From Lama glama (Eukaryota), in NCBI GenBank assembly GCA_028534125.1, contig CM052816.1:87856001-87920000 (forward strand): 64,000 nt of DNA, written 5' to 3'. Shown in pieces: positions 13,447 to 27,475 of the stretch (its first letter is position 1; each line of letters opens with the position of its first letter). The position numbers and the translations under genes are program-made. A model generated the notes under the pieces. The model saw nothing but the letters and a program-made list of their open reading frames with translations, ran no database searches and was not told the DNA's origin.

Positions 13447-13885
13447 TAGAAAAACAAGTACAATATCATTACGCTTATATGTGGAATTTAAAATGAAAAC
13501 AAAACCGAGATCATAGAAACAGAGAAGAGATTGATGGTTGCCAGAGGAGGGGGCTTGGGGGCACATGACGTGGGTAAAGTGGTGAAGAGCTCTAAACTTC
13601 AGTTTTAAATTAAATAAGTCACAGTGATGTAATGTACCGCATGGTGACTATAATTAATAATACTGTACTGGATATTTAAAAGTTGCTGAGAAATTAGATC
13701 CTCAAAGTTCTCATCATAAGGGGAAAAAAGCTGTAACTATATGTGGTAAAGAATGTTAATGAGACAGATTGTGGTGACCATTTCACTTTATGTATATGTA
13801 TACCAAACCATTGTGTTGTATGTTGTATATCTGAAACTAAAACTAATGTAATGTGATGTGTCAATTATACCTCAACAAAAAGCAA
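13447..13885 (+). mobile_element. Older L1 3' end (L1MA-like)
   Basis: cttatatgtggaat...catagaaacagagaagagattgatggttgccagagg...gcatggtgactataattaataatactgtact...aaagttgctgag...gtcaattatacctcaacaaaaa. Confidence 0.85.
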
Positions 13886-14019
13886 AAAGGACAGACTACA
13901 TACTAACAAGGGAGAGGGGTGGAGCCGCATGACTCAAAATGATCAGTTTCAAATAAATAAAGCAGTATTGGATGATCTTATTATTTGTGTAAACCACTAT
14001 CATTTTTTGACAACTGAAT

Positions 14020-14806
14020 TTTATTTTTTATTGAAGTGTAGTTGATTTAAAATGTATTAATTTCCAGTGTACAGGATATTGATTCAGTTATATATTTTTT
14101 CATATTCCTTTTCATTATAGGTTATTATAAGACATTGAATACAGTTCCCTGTGCTGTACAGTAGTAGATCCTTGTTGTTTATCTGTTTTATATATAGTAG
14201 TTTGTATCTGCTAATCTTAAACTCCTCATTTATCCCTCCTCACCCTCTTTTCTTTTTGGTAACCGTAAATTTGTTTTCTATGCCCATGAGTCTGTTTCTG
14301 TTTTGTCAGTAAGTTCATTTGTATCATTTTTTTAGTTTTCACATATAAGTGATATCATGCGATATTTGTCTTTCTCTTTTTAACTTAATTGACTTCATAT
14401 GATAATCTCTAGGTCCATCCATGTTGCTGCAAATGGCATTATTTCACTCTTTTTTAATGGATGAGTAGTATCCCAGTGTGTCAATATACTACAACTTCTT
14501 TATCCAGTCATCTGTCATGGACATTTAGGTTGTTTCCATGTCTTGGCTAAATAGTGCTGCTATGAACACTGCAGTGCATGTATCTTTTCAAAAGTGGAGG
14601 AGTTTTCTCTGGATACATGCCCAGGAGTGGGATTGCTGGATCATACAGTGAGTCTGTTTTTAGTTTGTTAAGGAATCTGCATACTGTTTTCCACAATGGC
14701 TGCACCAAACTACATTCCCACCAACAGTGTGGGAGGGTTCCCTTTTCTCCACACCCTCTCCAGCATTTATCATTTGTGGACTTTTGAATGATGGCCATTC
14801 TGACCA
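14020..14806 (-). mobile_element. 5'-truncated L1 (3' UTR plus ORF2 C-terminus)
   Basis: The minus-strand ORF encodes the ORF2 cysteine-rich end ([41 protein letters not shown]). T-rich tail near 14020. Confidence 0.9.
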
Positions 14807-14821
14807 AAACCACTGTATTGG

Positions 14822-14825
<4 letters not shown>

Positions 14826-14852
<27 letters not shown>
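14826..14852. repeat. (CA)n microsatellite
   Basis: About 13 uninterrupted AC units. Confidence 0.95.
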
Positions 14853-14853
<1 letters not shown>

Positions 14854-17239
14854 ATTCAAAAGATAAGGTGGATGTCATTTGCTCAAAATCCTCATGTATT
14901 TCAAACTTAGGAAAAATCTGCACTGCACAATAGACTACTATTTTCTGATTATTTTTTGAAAAATCTGTATGACATAACATAAAGGATTCTCCATTCTTAT
15001 TTTCTTGTACAAACAGAGATGATGCTTGATGGTGTCATTTCTGAATTTAAAAAGACACACATGATAACTTTTGGGGGAAATATTCCTACCAATGTATTTT
15101 TAATGGTACTACTGCCCTGTTTCTTCCAGCTGTTAAAGAACAGTTCTGCTCACCTTTAGGGTTTTCTACTACTAATCTTCGTGTATGTTTTATTAATTTG
15201 CCAGAATTTTTATCTCAGGATCCTCAGTTCGGTCAACTTCAAAGATGGCTTCAGCAGAGGCAGAATTAATTGCACTTGAATAGTTTGTTCTCCAAGGCAA
15301 ATATCTTAAAAAATACATCAGTGCTAGTAAAAAATTTTTTAAAAAAGCCCTTTGCATATCTTAAATTACCTGCAGGTCAAGGGATAATACGAAAGAAAAA
15401 CAGCAACAAAGCAAGTATTTTTGATACATTTATGAGAAGGCACAGGTTGTTTCATTATTCTTAATGTTAGCCCATAAAAATAGTATGATGTTTGGGGGGT
15501 GCTCAGTATCTTAAAATCTAAAATTGATAATGTTGATATATCCAATGTTCCTTTGTGATTGGATAAATTGTCCATAATTTAAATGATGGCTATTGACATT
15601 CTCCCTGTCTCCTTTTGAAATGTTTCTGAGCTCGGAAAGTGTTTCTTTGACCTGAAATAACCAACTTATTTATTAAAATAAAGAAAGCTACTTCTTATAA
15701 CGATGATGGTTTAGATCAGACCCACTCGTCAGACTAGAATATCAATGACCTACTGGGGCATGATCAGAACATTTTAAAACCAACAGTAATATATATATTT
15801 TCTCCATGAAAAATTTTTATTGTTGCAGATCCTAATAAAAATTATGTTGGTTATATAGAATATTCATATATCTAATTTCAAAAACTCATGTACTGGGCAT
15901 TTGAAGATCCAAATTAATTAGATGAGTACTTCTCAGATTATCTGGGTGAAGGATTTCTTGCTTGTTTTTGTTGTAATTTTCAATTAATCAAGCTAGTATT
16001 TGGGTCTATATGCTGTTCAACGAGACAAGTGCACTGATCACTGTAACTTCTGCTGTTTGCCTGAAACATCCAAGTGAGTACATTACAAATTTACATTTGT
16101 GTATGGAGAAAAAAAATCATATTGAGCGAACCCATTGATACTGACCATATCTGAGATTTGATTTAGAATAATATGACATGTAATGTGATATGTTAATGTG
16201 AGATGATTAAATAATGTATGTAACATTTTTAAAATGAAATATGTTTGGAATATTAGATGATGTTTGAAGTACAGGATAATATAAAGAAAGGTGACTTTTC
16301 CCATCAGCAATAGCATTATTCAGCTTTAGTTTATAGCTGATAAATAAATAAAACCACATATCATTTACGTATTTATAATACTCAATTTAAAATTAGAAAA
16401 ATGTCAATAATGATGTTTGCAAATTATTTGAAGGAATTAAGGGACACAGCTACCAACTTAATTGAGATAATTACAATTTACTACAATTGTACTTGTCTGA
16501 AAAATCTGATAAATGGCACGTTTTAAGTAATTTACATGTTTTCCTGTGCCTTTTTTCCTTTTGCTCAAAGGCTTCTTTTTATATATATTCATGTAGTCCC
16601 TACAAACACACTGTATTTACATTGATTCACAAAATATTGACTCTAACTTCTTGCCTTTCTCAACATTCTTTTTCAATCTAGTTTCAAATTTCTGAGCTCG
16701 AAATAGTCCTTCCTCCTGCCTCTCCTCCTCCTTCTTCCTTTGAATTCTCGGGCTATTCTCTCTGATAGATGTGGGTGGAATGGTGATTAGTAAACAATGA
16801 GGCATACAAACAAGAACAGACTTGAAAAAAAAACAGTTTTAGAATCACTGAATAGAAGTAGCATCACTGAACACGTGTAGTATGCATTTACAGATGTCTC
16901 AGTGTCTTTCACAAACAGCTACAAATTAGGATCACAGGGAAAAATCAGGGGATGGAGATGATTGTTTTTGAAAGTAGTTTGAGCAGGAAAATGAGCAGCC
17001 TGGCTCGCCTTTGCAATGAAATTAAGTCACTGTTTCTAGCATTCCTCCAACTCTTTTCTTCTCTTGCTCTTTAATGGAATCTGACTGTGCTGAACCTTTT
17101 AGGCAAGATGCCTGAATAATTAGGTCTAGATAAACATGAAAGAAAACTACCATAATTCCAGGGACGGGACTAAATGAAAGTACAGAATAAAAAACTTTTT
17201 TGAATTCATCCTTTGAAATTGGGTAGCTCAAGGTCACGA

Positions 17240-17760
17240 ACAATTATTCTCTCAAGAAACAATTGAACTGAGATTACACAGATGCGAGAAAGTTATTTAG
17301 AATGAGAGAGGGAGGAAAGACACTCCACTGAGAGGGATTCCCGGACAAGAGGAGTAATAGCATAGATCAGGGTTTGAAGCCGGCGTGGCTACAGCCAGGA
17401 GACTCAGCAGGTGTGTGGGGCTCCGGGAGGCTGGGGAAGGAGGCAGGCAGTGGCTCCAGCAGGGAGACAATTTACCTTGGGAAAATAAATAAATAAACCA
17501 ATCCAAACAAATTAAGGAAGAGCAATGTGTCCAAATGGAACAGCAGGAGGCTGTTTCTATAGTCCAGGACAGGCTCTGTGGTTCTCCTGGAGATGAAGAA
17601 AAATGGTGGGCTTTGGGGCAGGTCTATGAAGGGAAAGTTTTTAAAGCCTGTGATGACGGGGATACAGGCTGTGAGAGGGAGATTAGTATGAAAGGTAAGC
17701 CCTACGCTTCGTGATTATTTCGATTTTTGACTCTGCCATTCAGTGAGAGAGGGATATTGA
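17240..17760 (-). mobile_element. Probable L2 fragment
   Basis: Purine-rich tract with L2-antisense-like motifs (ggaggctgtttctatagtccagg, gctgtgagagggag). Heavily diverged. Confidence 0.45.
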
Positions 17761-18574
17761 AATAACAATTTTGGAAGAGGCAAATAAAAACTAAAAATCT
17801 GAATAGAAATTTTATTCAGTAAAATAAAGTGTTGGAATCCATTTCTGATCTGTTCTTGAGTTTTTTTGTTGTTGTTGTTGTTGTTGTCGTTTTTAACGTG
17901 CAGTCATAACATAACCACGATGAGGCTACAGAAAATTACACTCATTCACACATGGACAAAGTATATATGTGCTTATTCTATTTTAACATTGTTTTTTACA
18001 TTAGTATGCATCTAACACTAGATAATCAACATTATTATCACAGTAATTTTTCTCTTTTTCTGTTCTTTTGTTCCTGAAAAGATGTCCTTTTTGATGTCAT
18101 ATTTTAGAAAATATGGCAATTGAGAACTAAGAAAATTATTTACCTATCAAGTTATTTGAATAATGAGGGCTTAATCATAGAAATCAACAAACTTATTTCA
18201 TGTACGTAGTGTGTTAAATAAGAAATTTAATAGTAATATGTCTGTATGTTAAAGAAAATGTGTTATTTTAAGCTAAGATTATATTTGGGAAGGCTTAAAA
18301 ACTATTCATATGTTCATTATTATATGATATGTCTGGGGTTATTTTAAAGTATTTTAATCTCAAGAAAATACATCTATTTTTTCCTGCTGTTGGGACAATG
18401 TTCAGCTCATTCAAAAATTTGTTAAGTAATATTTTCCCCGAGGGACAGGATTAACACAGCTCTACTAAGATTATTCTGATGTAGAGGTGATGGCAACAAT
18501 AGTCAATGCCTTCTTTTTCTGTGATCAGAGCACTTTTGATTTTATACAACTATTTGGTTTAATAAGATTGACCA

Positions 18575-18732
18575 ATGTTTATATGGATGTACTATGTGTC
18601 AAGCACCAGCCTAAGTGTTTTCCTTAAACTGAGCCATTTAATAAACAGCAACCCCATTTTATAGATAAGAAAACTGAGGCAAAGAGAAGTTAAGAAATGA
18701 ACCCATTTTCACACAGCTCCTAAGTAGCAGAA
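18575..18732 (-). mobile_element. MIR SINE
   Basis: ccccattttatagataagaaaactgaggcaaagagaagttaag is the MIR core in reverse complement. Confidence 0.8.
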
Positions 18733-19669
18733 AAGTAAGAGATAAAGTTTGTGCACCTTATGTTTCAAGATATACGTTACCTTCAATGTTCACTCTTTTT
18801 TTCCCCCCAAACTCAGTAATTTGCAATATTCTTGAGCAGATTTTCCGTTTCAACAAATCATGCTCTTTTCTCACCTATACCTTCTCTGAACCTGTGCATA
18901 GAGTTAGCACCATCCATCATCCCAGTAGAAGACTGTTTAACAGCTGACCCTTCCTCTGGTGTTAGGATTCATAGGAGTCTACATTCTCCAGTCTTGTGCT
19001 TCCAATATACCTTCTGCCTCTTCCAGTGAAATCTCAACCTGACCCATTTTACAGCAAAGAAGAGAGACAGAATAAATGAAATGAAGTATCAGCTTTTCAT
19101 CTGTGTCCTCTGGCGACTTATTATCGAATCTTCTCTGGATCCCCTGAGTTGCTAACCTCTATATTTGTAGTTCTCAGGTTTCTAGTGTTTCAGTAGCCTT
19201 AGAAATTGTTTCAATCTGTCTTCCTCCTTCAATATTCAACACTCATATTAAGATTGTTTTCAAATTCCAGGACAAGTTCACTCTTTATTTTACTCTTCCT
19301 CTTTGTAGCATTTGTCTTTGTAGGTCCCTTTCTCTTTCCTGGAAGTGCATTGTCACCTGACCATTTCCCCATATTCCCTGCTGTAATCCAAGGTGTCATT
19401 GCTACTTTCTGCAGTGGCTTTTCAATGGGTCTCCCTTCCATTAAACACAAGACCTCTCATCTTTTCCAAGAAGCTGCCAAAAAGTGCCATCAGAGCCACA
19501 GATCTGATGGTTTATCCTGTCCATTTGAAAGTCCTTGGAATGCATTTTCCCAGTTTTAGCTTGGAAACAAAGCAATAGTATCATGTTTTATTTTTCAGAG
19601 ACAGTTACGGGAAAATATTCCATTTTACATGCTTTTATTATGTGTTTTAAACATTTATACATTGAGAGA

Positions 19670-20055
19670 TGGGATCTAATTTTCCTTTTTTGTGAATATA
19701 GACTGGATTTAGTGACAGACTTTCAGTGAATAACACGTGACCAAAGTTACAGTGCATGACTTCTAAGGCTGGGTGATAAAAGACAATGTCCCATCGTTGG
19801 AACCCAGCATCTAGCTGTAGGGATTCTGATCAGAGCCCCAACTGTGGTCTCAGCTGACTGCCAACAGCAACTGCCCAACACATGAGTGAGGAGCCTTCAG
19901 ATGATTCTGACTGCTGATGCCAAGTGGGTCAGAGACAAATTGTCCCTGCCTAGCCCTGTCCAAGTCACAGATTCATAAATACAAATGTTCTTGTTGTTTT
20001 AACCTACTAAATGTTGTGCTTTTTCTTTTTTACACAGTAATAAACAAAACTAATA
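19670..20055 (+). mobile_element. MaLR LTR (MLT1F/G/H-like)
   Basis: gacttctaaggctgggtgataaaag...ctgccaacagcaactgcc...catgagtgaggagccttcagatgattc...ccctgcctagccctgtccaagtcacagattcat...tgttttaacctactaa. Confidence 0.75.
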
Positions 20056-23000
20056 TATTTTGTTCTTTTAAAAAATATTTTAGCCTTATCCACCACTATC
20101 TAATGCATCCTTAGGTAAAATTGTATTAAACTGTCTGAAGTTCCCTACAGGTACCTTTTTTTTTTTCAGATCCCAAGGCTTTTCCAAATTACACTCAATT
20201 ATTCCTAGAATACCTCCCGCCCACCCCACATTTTTGGATGGAGCTATCATTTTAGGCTCAATTCATGACTCTGTGGTTTCTCATAACTCCCCGGTTGCAT
20301 TAAAATCTATTCTTTCTTTTGCCTTGGCATCACAGATAATGTTACATAGATGTTGGATTAATATAAAAATAAATAAGATATAGGTATATTTCATCACAAT
20401 TAAAATATATAGCATGCCAAAATACAATAACAAATGATGCAGAAAAAACTTCTCGGCTACCTTTCTAGTAAAAGTCAACCTCAGTAACTGATACTAATTT
20501 CAGAATCTTAAATATGAGCTGACAGTAGCAAATGGAGTCGTGTTAGATCTGCTGTGTTTGTGTTTCCTTCCCTTTGGGGAAATACAGTTGTGTGATGATT
20601 CTATTCATGAATTGTAATTGTATCATTTCAGACACCTAGGAAGTAGCGACAGTCCTGGCATTTTATTGTTGCTTTTGAATTGCATTAAAAAGTAAACCAT
20701 CTCCTTGAGGCTCTTTGATGTGTAGAAATGTTCTTCTCCCAGATTTGAGTTATAGATACAGATCTTGCTTTGTAAACCTAATCTCTGCACAGTCTGTCTC
20801 TTCTGTCAGCGCTTTCATCGCCTCTCATCCCACCTCCACTTCTCCTACCTTATCTCTTCTCCCCACGCGGCTGTCTGGATCACACTCTTTTGTGATACCT
20901 CCACTTTCTTTCTTCACTCTCCTACGAGTCCATACCCTCTGGGTATACCTGTGGCAAACTGTTATGCTTCCTTTAACCATGACAGATAATTCACAGGGGT
21001 CCAGAGAGGAGCTGTACGGCTCTAACGTTCACAGCTGTTCCATGAATTTAAAATTAATTGACACTATGGTTCAGTGCTACTTCTTGTCACATTTTTCCTC
21101 AGTAAAAGAGATATCAGTCGTGTAATCTCAACTGCATGGCAATACAGTACGTTCTTTGGGTATTCATAGAAAAATTGTACAGAATTTATAGATTCATTAC
21201 TGTATCTAAAGCCAAAGTGTTGAATGTTATGTTTATGGAGTGGCAAATCATAGGAAGATTTAAGGAAAAAAAGCATGTTGAGTAAAGTTATGTATAATGA
21301 GAGGTTAGATTTCTGCGTAATGTAACACTTTTATTGAGAGCATTCTTATGTTTATTTGAAGTATAAATGATTTTAAACAGCACAGTATTTTATGAAAATG
21401 TTTGGTTACTTTTCTGATAAGGAATAGAACATTTTCTGAGTTTGGGGTGCATGATAATTTATAAATTCAGCCACAACTAATACACAGCTTTCAAACTTAG
21501 AGGATGCGGAAAAACCTTGAAATACTATTGGCATTCCTCAGCAAACTAACAAAAGTATGACCCCCAAAATAAGTATTCTGGTCTCCTGTCTTAAAGTTCT
21601 CTTGTTATTTCATTTTATGTTTCATTCATTGGGGTTAGCCGAAAGTGGGGTATCCAGAACTGATCATGTCCATACAATTAAGTGAAAACTAGACTTTTCA
21701 GCATGTATTTATGCACAAGTACCCTTTGTGTAAAATAAAAAAAAAGACCACAGAGGTTGCAGATGCATTATTTTCTCTCTGATTTGAAATACCCTCTGAA
21801 ATTGTTCAAGAAGTCTGAACATACTCCTGAGAGTCTCTTGGCATTTAGGGTTTGAAATATTAATGATTAAAAATAAACCAAAATTGGAAAATGAGATATT
21901 TCTGATATTAAAATGACCTATCTTACAAAAGGTAGATTATCAAGTTTAAGCTCTCGGGACTTCGTGTAAAGATGTTGAATTTTTCATGGACCATGCAAGA
22001 TTTGTTCATTTAAGTTTCAAGCTTACACCTGCCCACAGTCCCCTGTACATTCGTTTAGAACTGAAACTTACAGGTAACTTTTATAAGAGAAAAGAATTAG
22101 CTGTATGTTTATTGGATATTTGCTAATACTATTAGGGTGTAGGTAATTTTCACCTGACTTTTGACTCTGGCATTAACCACTAAATTTCCTTGAATAGGTC
22201 ATTTAAACTCTCTAGACCTACTGACATTGCCTGGGAGTGTTCTGAACAGATATTGAAAGTCTTTTTAGCATTAAAAGCATATGCTTCTTAGGTACTTAAC
22301 TGTGGATAACCCTAGGCATATCTTAAAACTTAAGTTTAGTCCAGAAATTTATTTATATAGTTGAGATGATTAATATGATTAAGTCATAGAACTTAATAAC
22401 TCTGTTAAAATCTTTGAAATATGAAAAGTTATCTTTTTATTTCTTTACTTCAATGCAATCTTTATTGAATATAATGTGACATTCTTTTGAAGAATACAAA
22501 AAAGGGATACACTTATGCAAATTAAATTTTATAAGTAAACAGTATTTCTAATAAATAGATACATATAATTTGATTTTGAAATTACCTTCAGTTGAAAACC
22601 TGTCATACATCATTACCAAAGCCAGACTCATAACTCCTTATTGAGAGAATGTATCTTAAAGGTACCCTACAGAGCACAGTTAATAATCACTTCCTAAGGA
22701 ATTATACATTTAGCTGAAATGCAGAACATGGTTTTAATAAAAATAAAATATTGACTCTGGAGCATTTCTCTCTTTTCAAAGATTCATCCAAAGCGACTTA
22801 AGTATTTTGTCTTTGAAATAATGCCTGTGAGACTGAAATTATACTGCATTTTCTATATTCTCTTCACTCCATATTTCATGATTTTCTTCAAAAATATGAA
22901 ACTTGAGTTCTTAAAGTGGAGCTAATATTTCAAAGCATAACTTTGTTTTTCTACTTTCAGTTTAATTATATTTTATTAATTTCTGTAATTTATTTATTAT

Positions 23001-23536
23001 TCAGATTACCAGAGCTTGACGTTAGCTTCATATAGAAAAACTGAACAAATAATTCTAGGCTATAAAATATTAAAGTTAGCAGTATGACTTACTGATAAAT
23101 GTATTTTCTCCAGTGCCTTACACAGAGTATGTCATTAACAGCCTTTTTTACTTGAGCTAATTAACACTGGAGTATAATGAAAGAATTAAGCAACTGACTT
23201 CAAAAATATATTCTCCTTTATTTTATTTTTTAACATTTTTTATTGCTTTATGATCATTTTACAATGTGTCAAATTCCACTGTAAAGCACAATTTTTCACT
23301 TATACATGAACATATATATATTCATTGTCACATTTTTTTTCTCTGTGAGCTACCATAAGATCTTGTATATATTTCCCCGTGCTATACATTATAATCTTAT
23401 TTATCTGTTCTACAATTTTGAAATCCCATCTATCCCTTCCCACCCTCTGCCCCCTTGGCAACCACAACTTTGTATTCTATGTTTATGAGTCAATTTCTGT
23501 TTTGTATTTATGATTTTTTGTTTGTTTGTTTGTTTT

Positions 23537-26500
23537 TTAGATTCCACATATGAGCAATCTCATATGGTATTTTTCTTTCTCTTTCTGGCTTACTTCACTT
23601 AGAATGACATTCTCAGGAGCATCCATGTTGCTGCAAATGGTGTTATGTTGTTGGCTTTTATGAATGAGTAATATTCCACTGTATAAATATACCACCTCTT
23701 CTTTATCCAGTCATCTGTTGATGGACATTTAGGTTGTTTCCATGTCTTGGCTATTGTAAATAGTGCTGCTATGAACATTGGGGTGCAGGTGTCATCCTTA
23801 TGGAAGTAGGGTTCCTTCTGGATATATGCCCAGGAACGGGATTCTTGGGTTGTATGGTAAGTCTATTCCTAGTCTTTTGAGGAATCTCCACACTGTTTTC
23901 CACAGTGGCTGCACCAAACTGCATTCCCACCAGCAGTGTAGGAGGCTTCCCTTTTCTCCACAGCCCCTCCAGCATTTGTCATTTTTGGATTTTTGAATGA
24001 TGGCCATTCTGACTGGTGTGAGGCGATACCTCATTGTAGTTTTGATTTGCATTTCTCTGATAATTAGTGATACTGAGCATTTTTTCATGTGCCTATTGAT
24101 CATTTGTATGTCTTCCTTAGAGAATTGCTTGTTTAGGTCTTCTGCCCATTTTTGGATTGGGTTGTTTGGTTGTTTCTTATTGAGTCGTATAAGCTGCTTA
24201 TAAATTCTGGAGATCAAGCCTTTGTTGGTTGCATTTGCAAAAATCTTCTCCCATTCTGTAGGTTGTCTTTTTGTTTTACTTATGGTTTCCTTTGCTGTGC
24301 AGAAGCTTGTAAGTTTAATTAGGTCCCATTTGTTCATTCTTGCTTTTATTTCTATTGCTTGAGTAGACTGTTCTAGGAGAATATTTTTGAGATGTATGTC
24401 AGATAATGTTTTGCCTATATTTTCTTCTAGGAGGTTTATTGTATCTTGTCTTATGTTTAAGTCTTTGATCCATTTTGAGTTTATTTTTGTGTATGGTGTA
24501 AGGGAGTGTTCTAGCTTCATTGCTTTACATGCTGCCATCCAGTTTTCCCAACACCATTTGCTGAAGAGATTGTCTTTTTTCCATTGTATATTCTTGCCTC
24601 CTTTGTTGAAGATTAGTTGACCAAAAGTTTGTGGGTTCAATTCTGGGCTCTCTATTCTGTTCCATTGGTCTATATGTCTGTTTTGGTACCAATACCATGC
24701 TGTCTTGATGACTGTAGCTCTATAGTATTGTCTGAAGTCTGGGAGAGTTATTCCTCCAGCCTCTTTCTCTCTCTTCAGTAATGCTTTAGCAATTCTAGGT
24801 GTTTGATGGTTCCATATAAATTTTATTATGATTTGTTCCAGTTCTATGAAATATGTCCTGGGTTATTTGATAGGGATTGCATTAAATCTATAGATTGCCT
24901 TGGACAGTGTGACCATTTTAACAATATTGATTCTTCCAATCCAAGAGCATGGGATATCTTTCCATTTTTTAAAGTCTTCTTTAATTTCCTTCATCAATGG
25001 TTTATAGTTTTCTGTGTATAATTCTTTCACCTCCTTGGTTAGATTTATTCCTAGGTATTTTATTACTTTGGGTGCTATGTTAAAGGGGATTGTTTCTATA
25101 CTTTCTTTTTCTGTTGATTCATCGTTAGTGTAAAGAAATGCAACTGATTTTTGAACGTTAATCTTGTAACGTGCTACCTTGCTGAATTCTTCGATCAGCT
25201 CTAGCAGTTTTTGTGTAGACTTTTTAGGGTTTTCTATATATAGTAACATGTCATCAGCATATAGTGACACTTTTACCTCTTCTTTTCCAATTTGGATTCC
25301 TTTTATTTCTCTCTCTTGCCTGATTGCTGTGGCTAGGACTTCCAAGACTATGTTGAATAGAAGTGGTGATAGTGGGAAGCCTTGTCTTGTCCCAGATTTT
25401 AGTGGGAAGCTTTGAGTTTTTCACCATTGAGTACTATGCTGGCTGTAGATTTGTCATATATAGCTTTTATGATGTTGAGGTATGTTCCCTCTATACCCAC
25501 TTTGGCGAGAGTTTTTATCATAAATGGGTGTTGAATTTTATCAAATGTTTTTTCTGCATCTATTGAGATGATCATGTGNNNNNNNNNNNNNNNNNNNNNN
25601 NNNNNNNNNNNNNNNNNNNNNNNNNNNNNNNNNNNNNNNNNNNNNNNNNNNNNNNNNNNNNNNNNNNNNNNNNNNNNNGCTAATATTTTGGTGAGGATTT
25701 TGGCGTCTATGTTCATCAGTGATATTGGCCTATAATTCTCTTTTTCGGTAGTGTCTTTGCCTAGTTTTGGTATCAGGGTGATGATGGCTTCATAGAATGA
25801 GTTTGGGAGTACTCCCTCCTTTTCAATCTTCTGGAAGAGTTTGAGAAGGACTGGTATGAGTTCTTCTTTGTATGTTTGATAGAATTCCCTGGTGAAGCCG
25901 TCCGGTCCTGGACTTTTGTTTGTAGGGAGGTTTTTTTATTGCTATTTCGATTTCATTTCTAGTGATCGGATTGTTCAAGTGGTCAGTTTCTTCTTGATTC
26001 AGTCTTGGTGGACTGTATGTTTCCAGAAACTTGTCCATTTCCTCTAGGTTATCCAGTTTAGTTCCATATAGTTTTTCATGATATTCTCGTATGATATTCT
26101 GTATTTCTATTTTATTTGTTGTAATTTCTCCACTTTCCTTTCTTATTTTGCTAATTTGTGCTCTCTCTTTTTTCTTCTTTGAGAGTTTGGCCAGAGGTTT
26201 GTCGATTTTATTTACTTTTTCAAAACAACAGCTTTTGGTTTGATTAATTTTTCCTATTTTTTTTAATCTCTGTTTTATTTCCTCCCTAATCTTTATAATT
26301 TCCTCCTTCTGCTGCCTTTTGGGGTATTTTGTTCTTCTTTTTCTAGTTCTTTTAGTTGGTGGGTTAAACTGTTAATTTGAGTTTGTTCTTCTTTTTTGAG
26401 GAAGGCCTGTATCACTATAAACTTCCCTCTTAGCACTGCTTTTGCTGTGTCTCATAAATTTTGTGTGGTTGTGCTTTCATTTTCATTTGTCTCAAGGTAT

Positions 26501-27301
26501 TTTTTTAATTTCAGCTTTTATTTCCTCATTGACTCACTGGTTTTTTAATAGCATATTATTTAATCTCCATGCTTTCCTTTTGTTCTCCTTTGTTTCTCTG
26601 TTGTTGATTTCTAGTTTCATGGCATTGTGGTCAGTAAAGATGCTTGAGATAATTTCTATCTTCTTAAAATTATTGAGGTTTCTTTTGTGCCCAAGTATAT
26701 GAACAATCCTAGAAAATGTTCCATGTGCACTTGAAAAGAATGTATATCCTATTTTGGGGGGGTGTAATGCTCTGAAAATATCCACCAAATCTAATTTTTC
26801 TGTAGTATTATTTAGTTTCTCTGTTGCCTTATTTATATTCTGTCTGGAAGATCTGTCTAGTGATGTTAAAATCTCCAACTATGATTTATTCCCATCAATA
26901 TTCCCCTTCATTTCTGTTAGTAGTTGTTCTATGTACTTAGGTGCTCCTATATTGGGTACATATATATTAATGTGTGTAATATCCTCATCTTCTATTACTC
27001 CTTTAATCATTATAAAATGTCCTTCTTTATCTTTCTTTATGGCCATTGTTTTAAAGTCTATTTTGTCTGAAATCAGTACTGCTACACCTGCTTTTTTGGC
27101 TTTTCCATTTGTATGGAATATCCTTTTCTATCCTTTCACTCTCAATCTATATGTGTCCTTCTCCCTAAGGTGGGTCTCTTGTATGCAGCATATTGAAGGT
27201 TCTTGCTTTATTATCCAGTCTGCCACTCTATGTCTTTTTACTGGAGCATTTATTCCATTAACATTTACAGTAATTAATGATAGATGTGTGTTTATTGCCA
27301 T
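23537..27301 (-). pseudogene. Disrupted L1 ORF2 (APE endonuclease, reverse transcriptase, C-terminal Cys-rich domain)
   Basis: ATG at 27301 gives MAINTHLSLITVNVNGINAPVKRHRVADW. RT motif [10 protein letters not shown] lies in ORF 24863-25345. C-terminal [10 protein letters not shown]...HCWWEC and a terminal ICGI* end near 23537. Broken into several ORFs by stops and frameshifts. Confidence 0.95.
25579..25678. other. Assembly gap (100 N) inside the L1 RT region
   Basis: Run of exactly 100 n. Confidence 1.
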
Positions 27302-27475
27302 TTTGAACTTATCTTTGCAGTTGATTTGATATTTCCTCTTTGTTCCTTTCTTCTTCCTTTTGTGGTTTGGTAATTTTCCTTTGTATTATCATGGATTTTA
27401 TTTAGTTTTTGTGACTCCTTTGTAAGTTTTTGGCTTGTGGTTACATTTCTCCTTTAAAACATAAAATATCCCATG

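Larger units (their letters stand above)
23221..27446 (-). mobile_element. 5'-truncated LINE-1 (~4.2 kb) spanning inter-ORF spacer, ORF2, 3' UTR and A-rich tail
   Basis: Continuous L1 homology with ORF2 fragments in the ORF track. TSD ttctccttta at 23211-23220 and 27447-27456. Confidence 0.97.

Noticed and set aside
13992..14814. aaaccact on both sides of the 14-kb L1, as a TSD
   Set aside because: Only 8 nt and ~20 bp away from the tail, so not a clean TSD.
18832..19578. Overlapping 61-117-aa ORFs
   Set aside because: Compositionally biased and unrecognisable. Possibly an ancient LINE remnant, but I cannot assign it.
23798..24640. 280-aa ORF as a novel RT-associated protein
   Set aside because: Standard C-terminal portion of L1 ORF2 in a disrupted copy.
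26754..27329. 191-aa plus-strand ORF, and other + ORFs at 23.7-26.7 kb
   Set aside because: Antisense shadows of L1 ORF2, not host genes.
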